NCBI RefSeq assembly: GCF_963921235.1
Contig: NC_086108.1
Location: forward strand, 8,804,001-8,868,000
Direction of reading: 5' to 3'
Source of the DNA: Mobula hypostoma
Lineage: Eukaryota
DNA length: 64,000 bases
In this document: positions 45,873 to 58,751 of the stretch, piece after piece
How positions within the stretch are numbered: position 1 is the first letter of the stretch
Layout of the letters: the number at the start of each line of letters is the position of its first letter
The notes under the pieces: model-generated
What the model was told of the DNA's origin: nothing
What the model saw: only the letters and a program-made list of their open reading frames with translations
The model's database searches: none
Program-made: the position numbers and the translations under genes

Positions 45873-47379
45873 CTGGGACTTGAGGTCCTGAGTCATGAGG
45901 AAAGATTGAATCGATTAGGGCAAGGGGAATGAGGGGAGGTCTAGATAGGTAAATGCAACCAGGCTTTTTCCACCGAGGTTGAGCGAGACTAGAATTGGAG
46001 GTTATGGGTTAAAGATCCAATGTCTTGTAAAGCCTTAGCATTATATCCTTGGTTTTATATACTAGAATATAAAATGAATGCTAATAGCACATTTGCCACC
46101 TTCACCACAGACTCAAGCTGCAAGTTAACTCCAGAATTGCATCCCAGGGGGATGGCAAGGTCTCCACGGTGATGCAGAAGGAACTTGGTGAAGGGTCAGT
46201 CTGGGTCCAGTGGTCAGCTTGCCCTCAGCTCCTTGACTTTAACCCCCACCAGATGCTTTGATAGGTTTCTCCCCATCCCCACCTGTCACTTCCTGGATCA
46301 GGTGGCCACTCTAGAACTAGCGGTCATAGGTTAAGGGTATAAAAGGTGAAATGTTTAAAGGGAAACGTCTTCACTCAGAGGGTGGTTAGAGTGTGGAATG
46401 AGCTGCCAGTGAAAGTGGTGGAGCAAGTTTGATCCCGTCTCAAGAGAAGTTTGGATAAGCACATGGGTGGCTGTGGTCCAGTTGCAGGTCGATGGAACTA
46501 GGCACTTGGACGCAGACGAGATGCATTTACAAGGATGTTGTCGGGACTTGAGGACCTCACTTATAGGGAATGTTTGAATAGGTCAATGGACTAGGCCTGA
46601 GGTTCCCAACCTTCTTTTTCCTGCTATGGACCCAAAGTTGGGAAGCCCTAGACTAGATAGACTGGGGAGCCTGTTTCTGTGCTGTTGTGCCCTATAACTC
46701 TAGCATGCACTTGAAGTTAAAACAGAGGCAATGATACTTCATTAGAAATGCAAATGCAAGTTACTATCGATGGGTTTTGGTCCGCAAGCTATTCAAAGGA
46801 AGGTAGAAGAGCAGGAGGCTGGAAAGCAGGCCTTGTGAGAGCAGAGGAGACTTGTGAACCCTTTCCATCCCTCACTGAGACAGCGCAGTGCCAGCAGGTG
46901 AGCGTGCATGAGTGGACAGGCACAATGGGAGCAGACGTTGGCATCAGACCCACTCAAACCCTTGTCACCCCGACTCTCTTCAAATTCTAACGTGTTCCCA
47001 AACTGCACATACAACACTGAAAAGAATTCAGCACATTTACTGCATGTTAAGAGAAAAACCCTGTAGAAATATCCTTACTGTGTCTAATGTAACTTCCCAT
47101 GGTGCTACAGATCTAGGTACCAACGTTGCAATTACGCCTCGACATTTCAAAGCGTTACACATCGATCCCCAGAGAACAAAACCTAGGAGAAAATACCTTG
47201 AGGGCATTAAAGCAAGTAGTTTTTAATTTACTTTTGATTTTTTTTTGTTTCTTGGATTTACATGTATTAGAGTTTTGAAAGTTGTCAAGAATTGTTCATT
47301 AGTTTTTGAGGAGTTTTCACAATCTGATTGGTGCAGATGACAGGCTGAGGCTTGACGGACATAAGAACCATCCACTGTA

Positions 47380-48025
47380 AGAAACATAGAAACATAGAAA
47401 ATAGGTGCAGGAGTAGGCCATTCAGCCCTTCGAGCCTGCACCGCCATTTATTATGATCATTGCTGATCATCCAACTCAGAACCCCGCCCCAGCCTTCCCT
47501 CCATACCCCCTGACCCCTGTAGCCACAAGGGCCATATCTAACTCCCTCTTAAATATAGCCAATGAACTGGCCTCAACAGTTTCCTGTGGCAGAGAATTCC
47601 ACAGATTCACCACTCTCTGTGTGAAGAAGTTTTTCCTAATCTCAGTCCTAAAAGGCTTCCCCTCTATCCTCAAACTGTGACCCCTCTTTCTGGATTTCCC
47701 CAACATCGGGAACAATCTTCCTTCATCTAGCCTGTCCAATCCCTTTAGGATCTTATACGTTTCAATCAGATCCCCCCTCAATCTTCTAAATTCCAACGAG
47801 TACAAGCCCAGTTCATCCAGTCTTTCTTCATATGAAAGTCCTGCCATCCCAGGAATCAATCTGGTGAACCTTCTTTGTACTCCCTCTATGGCAAAGATGT
47901 CTTTCCTCAGATTAGGGGACCAAAACTGCACACAATACTCCAGGTGTGGTCTCACCAAGGCCTTGTACAACTGCAGTAGTACCTCCCTGCTCCTGTACTC
48001 GAATCCTCTCACTATAAATGCCATA
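47380..48025 (-). mobile_element. young CR1 3' fragment
   Basis: RGFEYRSREVLLQ...GKAGAGF ORF and tail matching the young family. Confidence 0.9.
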
Positions 48026-48467
48026 AATGTAAGGTGGCATGGCACAGGAAGGGGGTGGGATGAGAATAAAACCTCCAGAACAACCAACAGTAACACACAC
48101 AAAAATGCTGGAGAAACTTAGCAGTTCAGGCAGCATCCACAGAGATGTCAATGTTTTGGGCCGAGGGCCAGTGGGCTCGATTGCAGCAACCAAACTTGTT
48201 ATCAAAGGTTATAAGTAATAGAAAATAATAAACGGTCGACACTTTGGGCTGATGAAGGGTCTCGGCCCAAAATGTTAATTGTTTATTCCTATTCATTTAC
48301 CCGCTGAGTTCTTCCAGTATTTTGTGTGTGTGTGTGCGTGTTGCTCTGGACTTCCAGCATCTGCAGAACCTCGTGTTTATACATTAATGTATGTCATGGA
48401 CTGAAATAACTAAACAGGAAATGTTACAATGTGCTGTGAACAGTAATTCCTTCTCACTATTCGCCAG

Positions 48468-48572
48468 AACAAGAATGGAACTCCCTTACCCCACCAGCCG
48501 CCCTGTACAGGACAGGAGCCTCCATTGCCTGGCCTACAGATTCCCAACTCAGTCTTGTTGACAACAGCATAA
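48468..48572 (+). CDS. candidate terminal exon of the HIF3A-like gene
   Basis: Non-repeat-looking sequence with acceptor ttctcactattcgccag|, a phase-0 ORF NKNGTPLP...VLLTTA*, and AATAAA at 48661-48666. No recognised homology. Confidence 0.3.
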   Translation, partial: NKNGTPLPHQPPCTGQEPPLPGLQIPNSVLLTTA

Positions 48573-50855
48573 TTTCTCATCGTAGCGCTAAGTGCCCGGA
48601 ATAATAACCTGTGGTGTCTTAATTAAATGTTTTTAAGTATGTAATCTCAGTACTAAAGGAAATAAAGTAAATGTAAATATTTTACAGAATCGTTCCTTTT
48701 AATAACTTAAAGGATGTTGCCAGGTCTGGAGGACCTGAGTTATAAGGAAAGGTTGAATAGGTTAGGACTTTATTCTTCGCAGTGTAGAAAATTGAGAGGA
48801 GATCTGATAGAGATATACAGAATTCTGGGGGGTATAGAGAGGATAAATGAAAGCAAGCTTTCCCCACTGAGGTTGAGTGGGACTACAACCAGAGTTCATG
48901 AATTAGGGGTGAAAGGTGAGAAATTTAAGGGGAACATGAGGGGAAACTTCTTCCCTCAGAGGATGGTGAGAGTGTGGATCAGGCTGCCACCGCAAGTGGT
49001 GCATACGAGGTTGATTTTGACATTTGAGGGACTTTTGGATAGATACATGGATTGGAGGGCTATGGTCCCAGGGCAGGTCAATGGGAGTAGACAGTTTGAA
49101 TGGCTCGGGCGAGACTAGATGGGCTGAAGGGCCTGTTTCTGTGCTGTACTTGTCCATGACTCATCCCCCAATTCTTTCACTCACCCCGAGTAGTTGCAGA
49201 AATTCTAAACACGTGGATACAAAACTTGCTTGTTTATGGGACAGTTTGTGACTGCAGGCTGTCCTGAACTAATGTGCACTGCAAAGTCCCACCAACCTGA
49301 CCCTGAGGTTGGATCAGGGATAAAGCAGCAAATGCAGGACTGCAAGCAGTCACCTAGCCTTTTGGACCTTTACACATCCCCATTTGGAAAGTCATTGTTC
49401 TAAGAGAAATGCACAAAGGAACTGGAGGGACTTGAGTGTGTGGGGGGGGCGGTCAGGCAGCTTCTGTGGAGGTTCAGGTCAAAACCCTTCATCTGCTCTA
49501 GAATAACAGCTCAGAAACATACATCAACAGTACTTTGACTTTGAGGAAAGAACGCTATCTCTTACTGAGCCACGGTAATACCCTGTATTATCTACAGCCT
49601 GAGAAAATTCTGTTTATTTATTGCGATAGAGTGCAGAATAGACCATTCCGGCCCTTTAAGCAACATTGCCCAGCAATCTCCTGATTAACTACAAGACAAT
49701 TTACAATGTCCTAACAATCTTTGGACTGTGTGAGGAGACAGGAGCTTCCAAAGGAAATCCACTCCACCATGCAGCACAGAAACAGGCCCTTCAACCATCC
49801 AGCCCATGCCGAGTCCCATCGACCTGCATCCGGACCATACCCCTCCATACCTGTCCCATCCATGTACCTATCCAAATTTCTCCTAAACATTGCAATCAAA
49901 CTCACATTCACCATTTGAGCTGGCAGCTCGTTCCACATTCACACAGCCCTCTGTTTCTCCTCAGGTTCCCTTAACTATTTCACCTTTCACCGGTAACCTA
50001 TGACCTTTAGTTCTCATCTCAACCAACCTCAATGGAAAGAGCCCGCTTGCATTTACACTAACGTTAATTTATTACATGCCATGTCGTATGACGTGGGTGA
50101 TCATGGTCTTTCAGTGACCATAATTGATCTTGGCAATTTTTTCTACAGAAGTGGTTTGTCATTGTCTTCTTCTGGGCAGTGTCTTTACAAGATGGGTGAC
50201 CCCAGCCAGTATCAATACTCTTCAGAGATTGTCTGCCTGCCTGGCATTAGTGGTCACATAATCTAGATTTGTGATACACACCAGCTACTCATATAACCAT
50301 CCACCACCTATTCCACACTATCTATAGCCCTCATAATTTTGTATGCCTCCATCAAATCTCCTCTCGGTCTTCTACATTCCAAGGAATAAAGTCCTAACCT
50401 ATTCAATCATTTCTTATAACTCAGGTCCTCCAGTCCTGGCAACATCCTTCTAAATTTTCTCTGTACTCTTTCAACATTGTTTACATCTTTCCTGAAGATG
50501 AAAACCACATGCAATACTCCAAATTAGGCCTCACCAATGTCTTATACAACTTCAACATAACATCCCGTCTCCTGTACATAAATCAAAGTATTGAGAAGGA
50601 CAACGTGTCGGAAGTTGTAACTACACATCGGCTTACGGAGCAGTCACACAGGCTTTCTGGCTTCTCCACCAATCCAGGAGTCACTGTGTCTGACTGGGAG
50701 TAACAGCCCTTCCTGATTAACAGGCCTCACGCCTCTGGTCACTGGCGTTATGCTAAACTACTGTGTCGCTAGAGGAACAAGCTCTGGCTGGTGATGGGAA
50801 GAGTTAAACCAGAATAACACACACAAAATGCTGGAGGAACTCAGCAGGTCAGGTA

Positions 50856-51580
50856 CATAAAAACATAGAATAGTGCAGCACAGTACAGGACCTTCAGCCC
50901 ACAATGTTGTGCTGACCCTCAGACCCTGCCTCCCATATAACCCCCTCCACCTTAAATTCCTCCATATACCTGTCTAGTAATCTCTTAAACTTCACTAGTG
51001 TATCTGCCTCCACCACTGACTCAGGCAGTGCATTCCACGCACCAACCACTCTCTGAGTAAAAAAGCTTCCTCTAATATCCCCCTTGAACTTCCCACCCCT
51101 TACCTTAAAGCCATGTCCTCTTGTATTGAGCAGTGGTGCCCTGGGGAAGAGGCGCTGGCTATCCACACTATCTATTCCTCTTATTATCTTGTACACCTCT
51201 ATCATGTCTCCTCTCATCCTCCTTCTCTCCAAAGAGTAAAGCCCTAGCTCCCTTAATCTCTGATCATATTGCATACTTTCTAAACCAGGCAACATCCTGG
51301 TAAATCTCCTCTGTACCCTTTCCAATGCTTCCACATCCTTCCTATAGTGAGGTGACCAGAACTGGACACAGTACTCCAAGTGTGGCCTAACCAGAGTTTT
51401 ATAGAGCTGCATCATTACATCACGACTCTTAAACTCTATCCCTCGACTTATGAAAGCTTTCTTAACTACCCTATCCACCTGTGAGGCAACTTTCAGGGAT
51501 CTGTGGACATGTACCCCCAGATCCCTCTGCTCCTCCACACTACCAAGTATCCTGCCATTTACTTTGTACTCTGCCTTGGA
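50856..51580 (-). mobile_element. CR1 3' fragment (another subfamily) inserted in a Penelope-derived repeat
   Basis: ORF 50894-51709 carries CR1 motifs; short direct repeat aggta on both sides. Confidence 0.85.
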
Positions 51581-51618
51581 GGTAGCATCTATAGCAATGA
51601 ATAAAGAGTCAATGTTTC

Positions 51619-54410
51619 TGTAGTATATAGATCTATTTCTTTTAGAGCAATGAGCCCCTCCCCCTTTAGTGTTACGTATTGGTATGTTGTCTGCGCGATG
51701 TGAATACACCTGTTAAAGTCGCCTCCTGCATACGGCTTTTATTTAATCAACATGTAGCTGTGCACAGTCACAACAAATTGGCAACAAGTACGAACCTGAA
51801 TGTCAGAAAATAACACGAACTGCACAACAGTTATGGGATGAAATAGCGAGAGTTAAACAGCACGAGAAAGCCGAAAGCCCTGTGAGTAACAGTGAAAGAC
51901 GCACTGAATTTAAAGTGAAAGTAACGCTGTGGTGGCTTGAGTCAGGAAAGTTGGTGAATTTGATAGCACTAATGAAAGCTGGGAGTTGTATATTGAGAGA
52001 GTTGAACTGTATTGTAACACAAATTTTGGAGGAGCAAAGACCCTACACTTCTTAACAGGTCATGGATGGACAGTCTCTCATGCAGCCTAGTAACCCATGA
52101 GAAGCCAGCAAGCAAGACATTCAATGAAATTCTTACAATTTTACAAAATCACTTGAGCCCTAAACTGCTGGTAATAGCTGAGAGATTTAGATTTTACAAA
52201 AGGAACCAGTCAAAGGATGAAAGCATTTCTGAATACATTGTAGAACTGCACAAACTTTCCCAGTACTGTGACATTAAAGATGGCTTTTCTGATGCATTAA
52301 GGTGCATTGATGCATTCTGATGCTTGTATGTGGCATGCATAGTCAAAGCACCCAAAAGAGGCTACTGTCTGAACGAGACTTAATCTTAGAATGGGCATTG
52401 ACCATTGAGACTGCAGCAAAGGGCACTGCAGAACTACAGAAAAGGAGGTTACAATGTGAAATGCACAAATTGTCCCTGAATGGTGCAAAAAGCAAAAAAA
52501 TGTCATCAATGTGACAAAACCTCCCATGATGCAAACAACTTGGTTCACAGACAAAGTCTGCAGAAAGTGTAGAGAGAATGTGCAAGGCAGACAAAAAGCA
52601 CAACCGAGTGAAAAGCAAATGCATAAAGTTACAAATGTAAAACAGAATTAGACAACATAGAGTCTGACAAAGGTGAACTGTCATGCCCAGCACTGCATGG
52701 TATTACTGAAGCAGATCACAAGATCATATGGATCACAATAGATGTTTCTGGTGTAAAACTGAAACTGGAGCTGGATACAGGGTCAGTTTTGTCCGTAATT
52801 CCAGAGGCTGACTACAACAGACCGTTTCCTAAGATACCATCAGAGAAGACTTCAGTGGTGCTAAAGACTTACACAGGCAGAGACAAACTGAAGGCGAATG
52901 TGATGTATGGAGGCCAAACACAACTTAGAAATGTGTTTATCAAAAACTGAGGACCAGCATTTTTCAGATGTGAACGCTTTGAGAAAAATCCAACTAAACT
53001 GGCACACGATCAAAGCTCTCAGTGTGGCATCATCAGGCAAAGGCAGCACTGATCAGAGACTGTCACAGCAGCTTAATGCTAATGAGAAGGTATTTGAGAA
53101 GAGGACTGGAAGCAGCAACTCCAAAATTCCGTAAAGTGCGTCCAGTGCCTTATGCACTATGTCCTAAGTGGCTGCAGAACCTCAGGGTGTGGAGAAGTCC
53201 AGAATTCTCTCCCAGGTTGAGTGGAGTGATTGGGTCACGCCCTTTGTCCCAGTGATCAAGAACAGGAAGGTCCGAGCTGTTCGCGTTCATGGGGACTTCA
53301 ATGTGAGCATCAGCCCTGTGCTGTGTACCGAGCAGTTTCCTCTGCCATGAATAGATTTTTGCATCCTTGGCACGTGGGAAGAGGTTTTCAAAGACTGATT
53401 TGTTACATGCTTATCTGCAAATGGAGACAGAGGAATCATGTTCCTCAGAGTCGACATTCACAAGGGATTGTTCCAGTATAATCGTCTCATCTTTGGCAAC
53501 ATATCAGCTCCAGCAACTTGGCAAAGAGTAATAGCCCAAGTGCTCCAAGGTATCCTGGAACATAGTGTTACCTTGATAACATCATCATGACTGGCAAAAA
53601 TGATGAAGCACACCTCCAGAACCTTGGTAGAGTGCTTACCAGACTGGGTGGGTGTGGTCTGTGCACAAAGAGAGAGAAATGCGAGTTTTTCAACAATAAA
53701 ATCTCACATTGTGGATGTTATTGACAAGCATAGCTTACATAAGTAAGAAGTGAAGACTGGAGCGGTGCTATAGACACCCAAACCGGGAAATGTGTCACAA
53801 CTCAGGTCATACTTGGGCCTTGTAAACTTCTACCACCGGTTTCTCCCAAACATTGCTACAGTGCTGCACCCATTGAACACACTGTTACAGGCAGGAGCAA
53901 AGTGGGAATGGTCAGAAAGATGTGAAAGAGCATTCAGGGAATCAGAGTCTAGTAACATCAGATGAATTGTTCACCCATTATGACCCATCCCTGCCCATCA
54001 GACTGGCGTGTGATGCATGCCTTTACGCCATTAGAGCCATTTTGGCACACATTATGAAAGGTGGGTCTGAACGCCCGATTGTGTTTGCTTCAAGATCACT
54101 GACAAGCATAGAACACAACTATGCACAGATTGACAGAGTCTAGTTCCACCAATACCTCTGCAGACAAAAGTTTACTCTAGTGACTGACCACCAGCCTCTT
54201 GTGTCCATTTTCAACCCCAAGAACGGGATTCCAGTAACGACTGCTACGCAGTTACAACGCTGGGCACTATTCCGAGGAGCCCACTCTTATGACATATAAC
54301 TCAACGGTACCAAACAACACAGCAATGCTGATGGCTTGTTACATCTTCCACTATTGGCAACTGAAGAGGAAAAGTCTTCATACTGCGACCCAGCAGAGGT
54401 GTTCCACACT
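51619..54410 (+). mobile_element. decayed Gypsy LTR retrotransposon (5' LTR ~51619-51775, gag, PR, RT, RNase H; integrase and 3' LTR not seen)
   Basis: TGTAGTAT...CAACA followed by PBS-like TGGCAAC. gag WELYIERVE and VIAERFRFYKRNQ; protease LELDTGS; RT WVTPFVPVIK..GDF; RNase H LACDAC..FASRSLT..NYAQID. Many stops and frameshifts. Confidence 0.85.
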
Positions 54411-54414
54411 GCAT

Positions 54415-57400
54415 TTGATCTCAGTCCGAAACTAATCCCTCCGACCTACACCATATTCCTCACATCTGTGCGCCTATCCAAATGTCTCTTAAAAGCCTCT
54501 CATGTATTTGCTTCTATCACCACATCAGGCAGCACATTCCAGGCATCCACCACTCTCTGAGTAAAAAAACTTACCCCTCACATCCCCCTTGAATCTACCC
54601 CCTCTCACCTTCAATGCATGCCCTCTGGTGTTAGACATTTCTACCCTGGGAAACAGATACTCTCTGTCCACTCTATCTATGCCTCTCATAATCTTATAAA
54701 CCTCTATCAGATATCCCGTCAGCCTCCGGCATTCCAGAGAAAACAACCCAAGTTTATCCAGCCTCTCATGATAGCACATGCCCTCTAAACCAGGCAGCAT
54801 CCTGGTAAACCTCTTCGTACCCTCTCCAAAGCCGCAACATCTTTCCTATAGTGGGGCAACTAGAACGGTATGAAACACTCCAGATGTGGCCTAACCAGAA
54901 TTTTATAAATCGCAACATAACCTCTTGGCTTTTGAACTCAGTGCCTCAACTAATACAAACCAAGCATTCTGTGTAGCCATTTTCAAGGAGCTATGAACTT
55001 GGATCCCAAGATCTCTCTACTCATCAACACTGTTAAGGACCTTGCCCTTAACAATGTACTGTCTCCTTGAATTTGCCCTACCAAGGTGCAACACCTCACA
55101 TTTATCTGGGTTAAACTGCATCTGCCATTTCTCTGCCCACATCTGCAACTGATCTATATCGTGCTATATTCTTTGTCAGTCTTCTACACTACCCACAACT
55201 CCACCAATCTTGGTACCATCCACAAACTTACTAACTCATCCATCTACAGTTTCATCCAGGTCATTATATACATCACAAAGAGCAGAAGTCCCAGCACAGA
55301 TCCCTGCAGAACTCCACTAATTACAGACCTCCAGCTCAGTTAAGCCCTTTCAACCACTACCCTCTGTCTTCTATGCAAAGCCAGTTCTGAATCCAAACAG
55401 CCAGTTCACCGCAGATCCCATGCATTTTAATCTTCTGGATCAGCCTCCCATGAGGGACTTTGTCAAGTGCCTTACTAAAATCCATGTGGACAATATCCAC
55501 TTCATCAACCTCTCTCATCACCTTGTCAAAAATCTCAATCAAGTTGGTAAAATACGACCTGCCCCACACAAAGCCATCCTGTTTCTCCCTAATTAGACCA
55601 TAGTTTTCCAAATGCTCATCTATCCTATCCATAAGAATTTTCTCCAGCAATTTCCCTACAACTGACATGAGACTCAACGGTCTACAGTTCCCAGGATTTT
55701 CCCTTGTTCCTTTCTTAAACAGAGGTGCAACATTAGCCACTCGTCAGTCTTCCGGGAATTTGCCTATGGCTAGAGAGGACACAAAGATATTTGTCAAGAC
55801 ATAGGAGCAGAATTAGGCCATTCAGCCCATCAAGTCTCCTCTGCCATTCCATCATGACTGATCCTGGATCCCACTCAACCCCACACATGTGCCTTCTTAT
55901 CATATCCTTTGATGTCCTGACCGAACAGGAAATGATCAGCTTCTGCCTTAATTATATCCATGGACTTGGCCCCCACCGCAGTCCCTAGCAGGGCATTCCA
56001 CAGATTCACTACTCTCTGGCTAAAAATTTCCTCCTTACCTCAATGAGATCCCCTCATATTCTTCTAGATACTAGTGAGCACAGAGCTAAAGCTGCCAAAT
56101 GCTCCTCATTCATTCCCAGAATCATCCTGGTGAACCTCCTCTGGACTCTCTCCAATGACAACACATCCTTTCTGAGATTTGGGCCCCAGAAATCTCGTCT
56201 CTTGCCTCCTTCAATAAGCTAGGGTAAACCCCATCAGGCCCTGGGGAATTAACCACCCTAATCCTCATTAGGAGACCCAATATTTCCTCCTCCTTGACCT
56301 CCAAACAGCCTAACATGTTTATACCCATTTATATCCATCCTTCTCCTTCTCTCTACCAGGAACGCCCAGGACATACCCTCTTCTCATTATTACCTCCAGG
56401 AAGGAGGTACAGAAGCCTGAAGACACACACTCAGTGATTCAAGAACAGCTTCTTTCCCTCTACCATCCGATTTCTAAATGGATATTGAACCCATGAACAC
56501 TGCTTTCACTTTTTTAATGTTTTTGCACTAACTGTTTAACTTACATATACTCACAGGAATCCATTTATTTATTGATTCATTCATTCATTCACTCTACATT
56601 TGTCATGTATTGCATTGTACTGCTGCATTAACAAATTTCACAACATTTTCCAGTGACATTAAATCTGATTCTGAACATGCCTTTCCTGCACTCTGTGTAA
56701 TTGATCTTTAAATGTCTGATGTGGACTTGCAGGAAAAAATAGGTGTTCCCAATGAACTCTCCTCAGTTCCTGCCTCATACCCTTGAACTTAGCCCTATCC
56801 AATTTAAAACTCCCTCAAGGACCGTACCTATTCTTATCTATAGCTATCCTGAAAGTTAAAGGTAAGGAGTTGTGGTCACTGTTCCTGAACTGCCCACCCA
56901 CTGAAAGGTCAGTTACCTGCCCAGGGTTATCACCCAACACCAGGTCCAGTACAGCCCCTCCTCTCATTGGACTGGCCACATATTGACTTAAGAAACCTTC
57001 CTGGATACACTTAAATTCTGTCTCGTTTAAACCTCTTATACCAAGACGGTCCCAGTTTATATTGGTGAAGTTGAAATCCCCCGAGACAACAACCCTATTA
57101 TTTTTGCACGTTCCCTTAATCTGATGATATATTTGTTCCTCAATGTTCAGGTGGCTAGTTGGGGTTCTGTAGTACAATCCTATCAGTGTATTTGCATCTT
57201 TAAATGCATGCCCTCTGGTATTAGACATTTCAATCCTGGGAAAAGATACTATCTGTCTACTCTATCTCTGTCTCTCACAATCTTAAGAACCTCTTTTAGA
57301 TCTCCCCTTGGCCTCCATTACTCCAGAGAAAACACCCCAGGTTTGTCCAGCCTCTTGATATAGCACATGCCCTCAATCCAGACAATGCCCAGGTAAACCT

Positions 57401-57510
57401 CTTCTGTGCCCTCTAAAGTCTCGAAATGCTGCCTGTAATGGGGCAACCGAAACTGTATGCAGTATTCCAGATGTGGCCTAACTAGAAGTTTATAAAGCTG
57501 CAACGTAACC
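54415..57510 (-). mobile_element. stack of old CR1 fragments with a Rex/Babar 3' fragment (~56360-56675, +)
   Basis: Minus ORFs carry ANVAPLFKKG, MDFSKALDKVPH, SPGPDG, GDFNF and SDHN motifs. Confidence 0.75.
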
Positions 57511-58519
57511 TGGTTTAGAGACTTGCGAGCCTCAATGACCTGGAGAGCTGCGTTGGCTGGAGTCAGGGCTTGGTAGGGTCACCCATTGCCAACCTGGTCA
57601 AAGGGTAGAGGCCAGACTAAGAGTGGCCCACAGGTTCAAGGGTTCAGCTCAGGATTAACAACCCTGACTGGTCAAACGAAAGTGTTATGCAAACAGCAAT
57701 GAAGAATCCTTCTACATCTGAGTGTGACTGTGTTCCTGAGTCTCCACCCGGGACTTGCATGAACACTGAGAGGAAGCTAATGACATAATGATGGAAGCCA
57801 TAAACACCGCTAGAAATAGAGGACCTTCATTGTTGCCCTAAATGCCAGCGGCCTGCGGCAGACAGCAAGTAAGTAGCAATGTATCTTCCTGACTTTTGAG
57901 CTGAACGTCTTATAAAGGCAAACATGCATATGCCTTCCTAATCACCCTGTGTAACCACAGTCACATGTAGCTATGTTCACAGCGACTGGGCGGGAATCCC
58001 AGAGCTCCCGCCCCATTAGCATAGTGGGAGCACCTTTACTGCCCAACTAAGGATGGACAGTAATTAACTCCTCTGTGGTTCCTGTAGTGCAGGGATCAGA
58101 AATGCACACAGTACTCTGGCTGGGCTAGCTAATGCTCTATTCAGTTCTAACATGACCCACCTGCTCTTAAATTCCAAGTGTCAGCCACTAAGTATCGCCT
58201 GTGATAACAGCCTCCTTATCCTTCTGTCACATTAATATTGAGGATCAGAATCAGTTTTAATATTACTGCACATGGTCCTGTGCAAAAGTGTAAGGCACGT
58301 ATCTATAACTAAAGTGCCTAAGATTTTACACAGTACTGCATTTGTCAACGTGGAGCAGAGAGCGAGTTTGTAAACCTGGAGCAAAGGATATTGGGAATGG
58401 CGAGGGATGGAGCATCACGGGAGGGGTGTGGGGCAGGTGGCAGAGAAGGACTTCTGGTGGGGGGGTGCTACAGACACACCAGCCCTGAGACACCAGGCAA
58501 GGTCATTTCATTCCAAACA

Positions 58520-58751
58520 CCAGGAATTCTGCAGATGCCGGAATTTCAAGCAACACACATAAAAGTTGCTGGTGAACACAGCAGGCCAGGCAGCATCTAT
58601 AGGAAGAGGTACAGTCGACGTTTTGGGCCGAGACCCTTCGTCAGGACTAACTGAAGGAAGAGTTAGTAAGAGATCTCTTCCTATCTCTTCTTTCAGTTAG
58701 TCCTGACAAAGGGTTTCAGCCCGAAACGTCGACTGTACCTCTTCCTATAGA
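58520..58751. mobile_element. palindromic Penelope-derived element with hammerhead motifs
   Basis: Inverted arms (58596-58657 and 58690-58752); TSD TCATTCCAAACA at 58508-58519 and 58752-58763. Confidence 0.8.
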
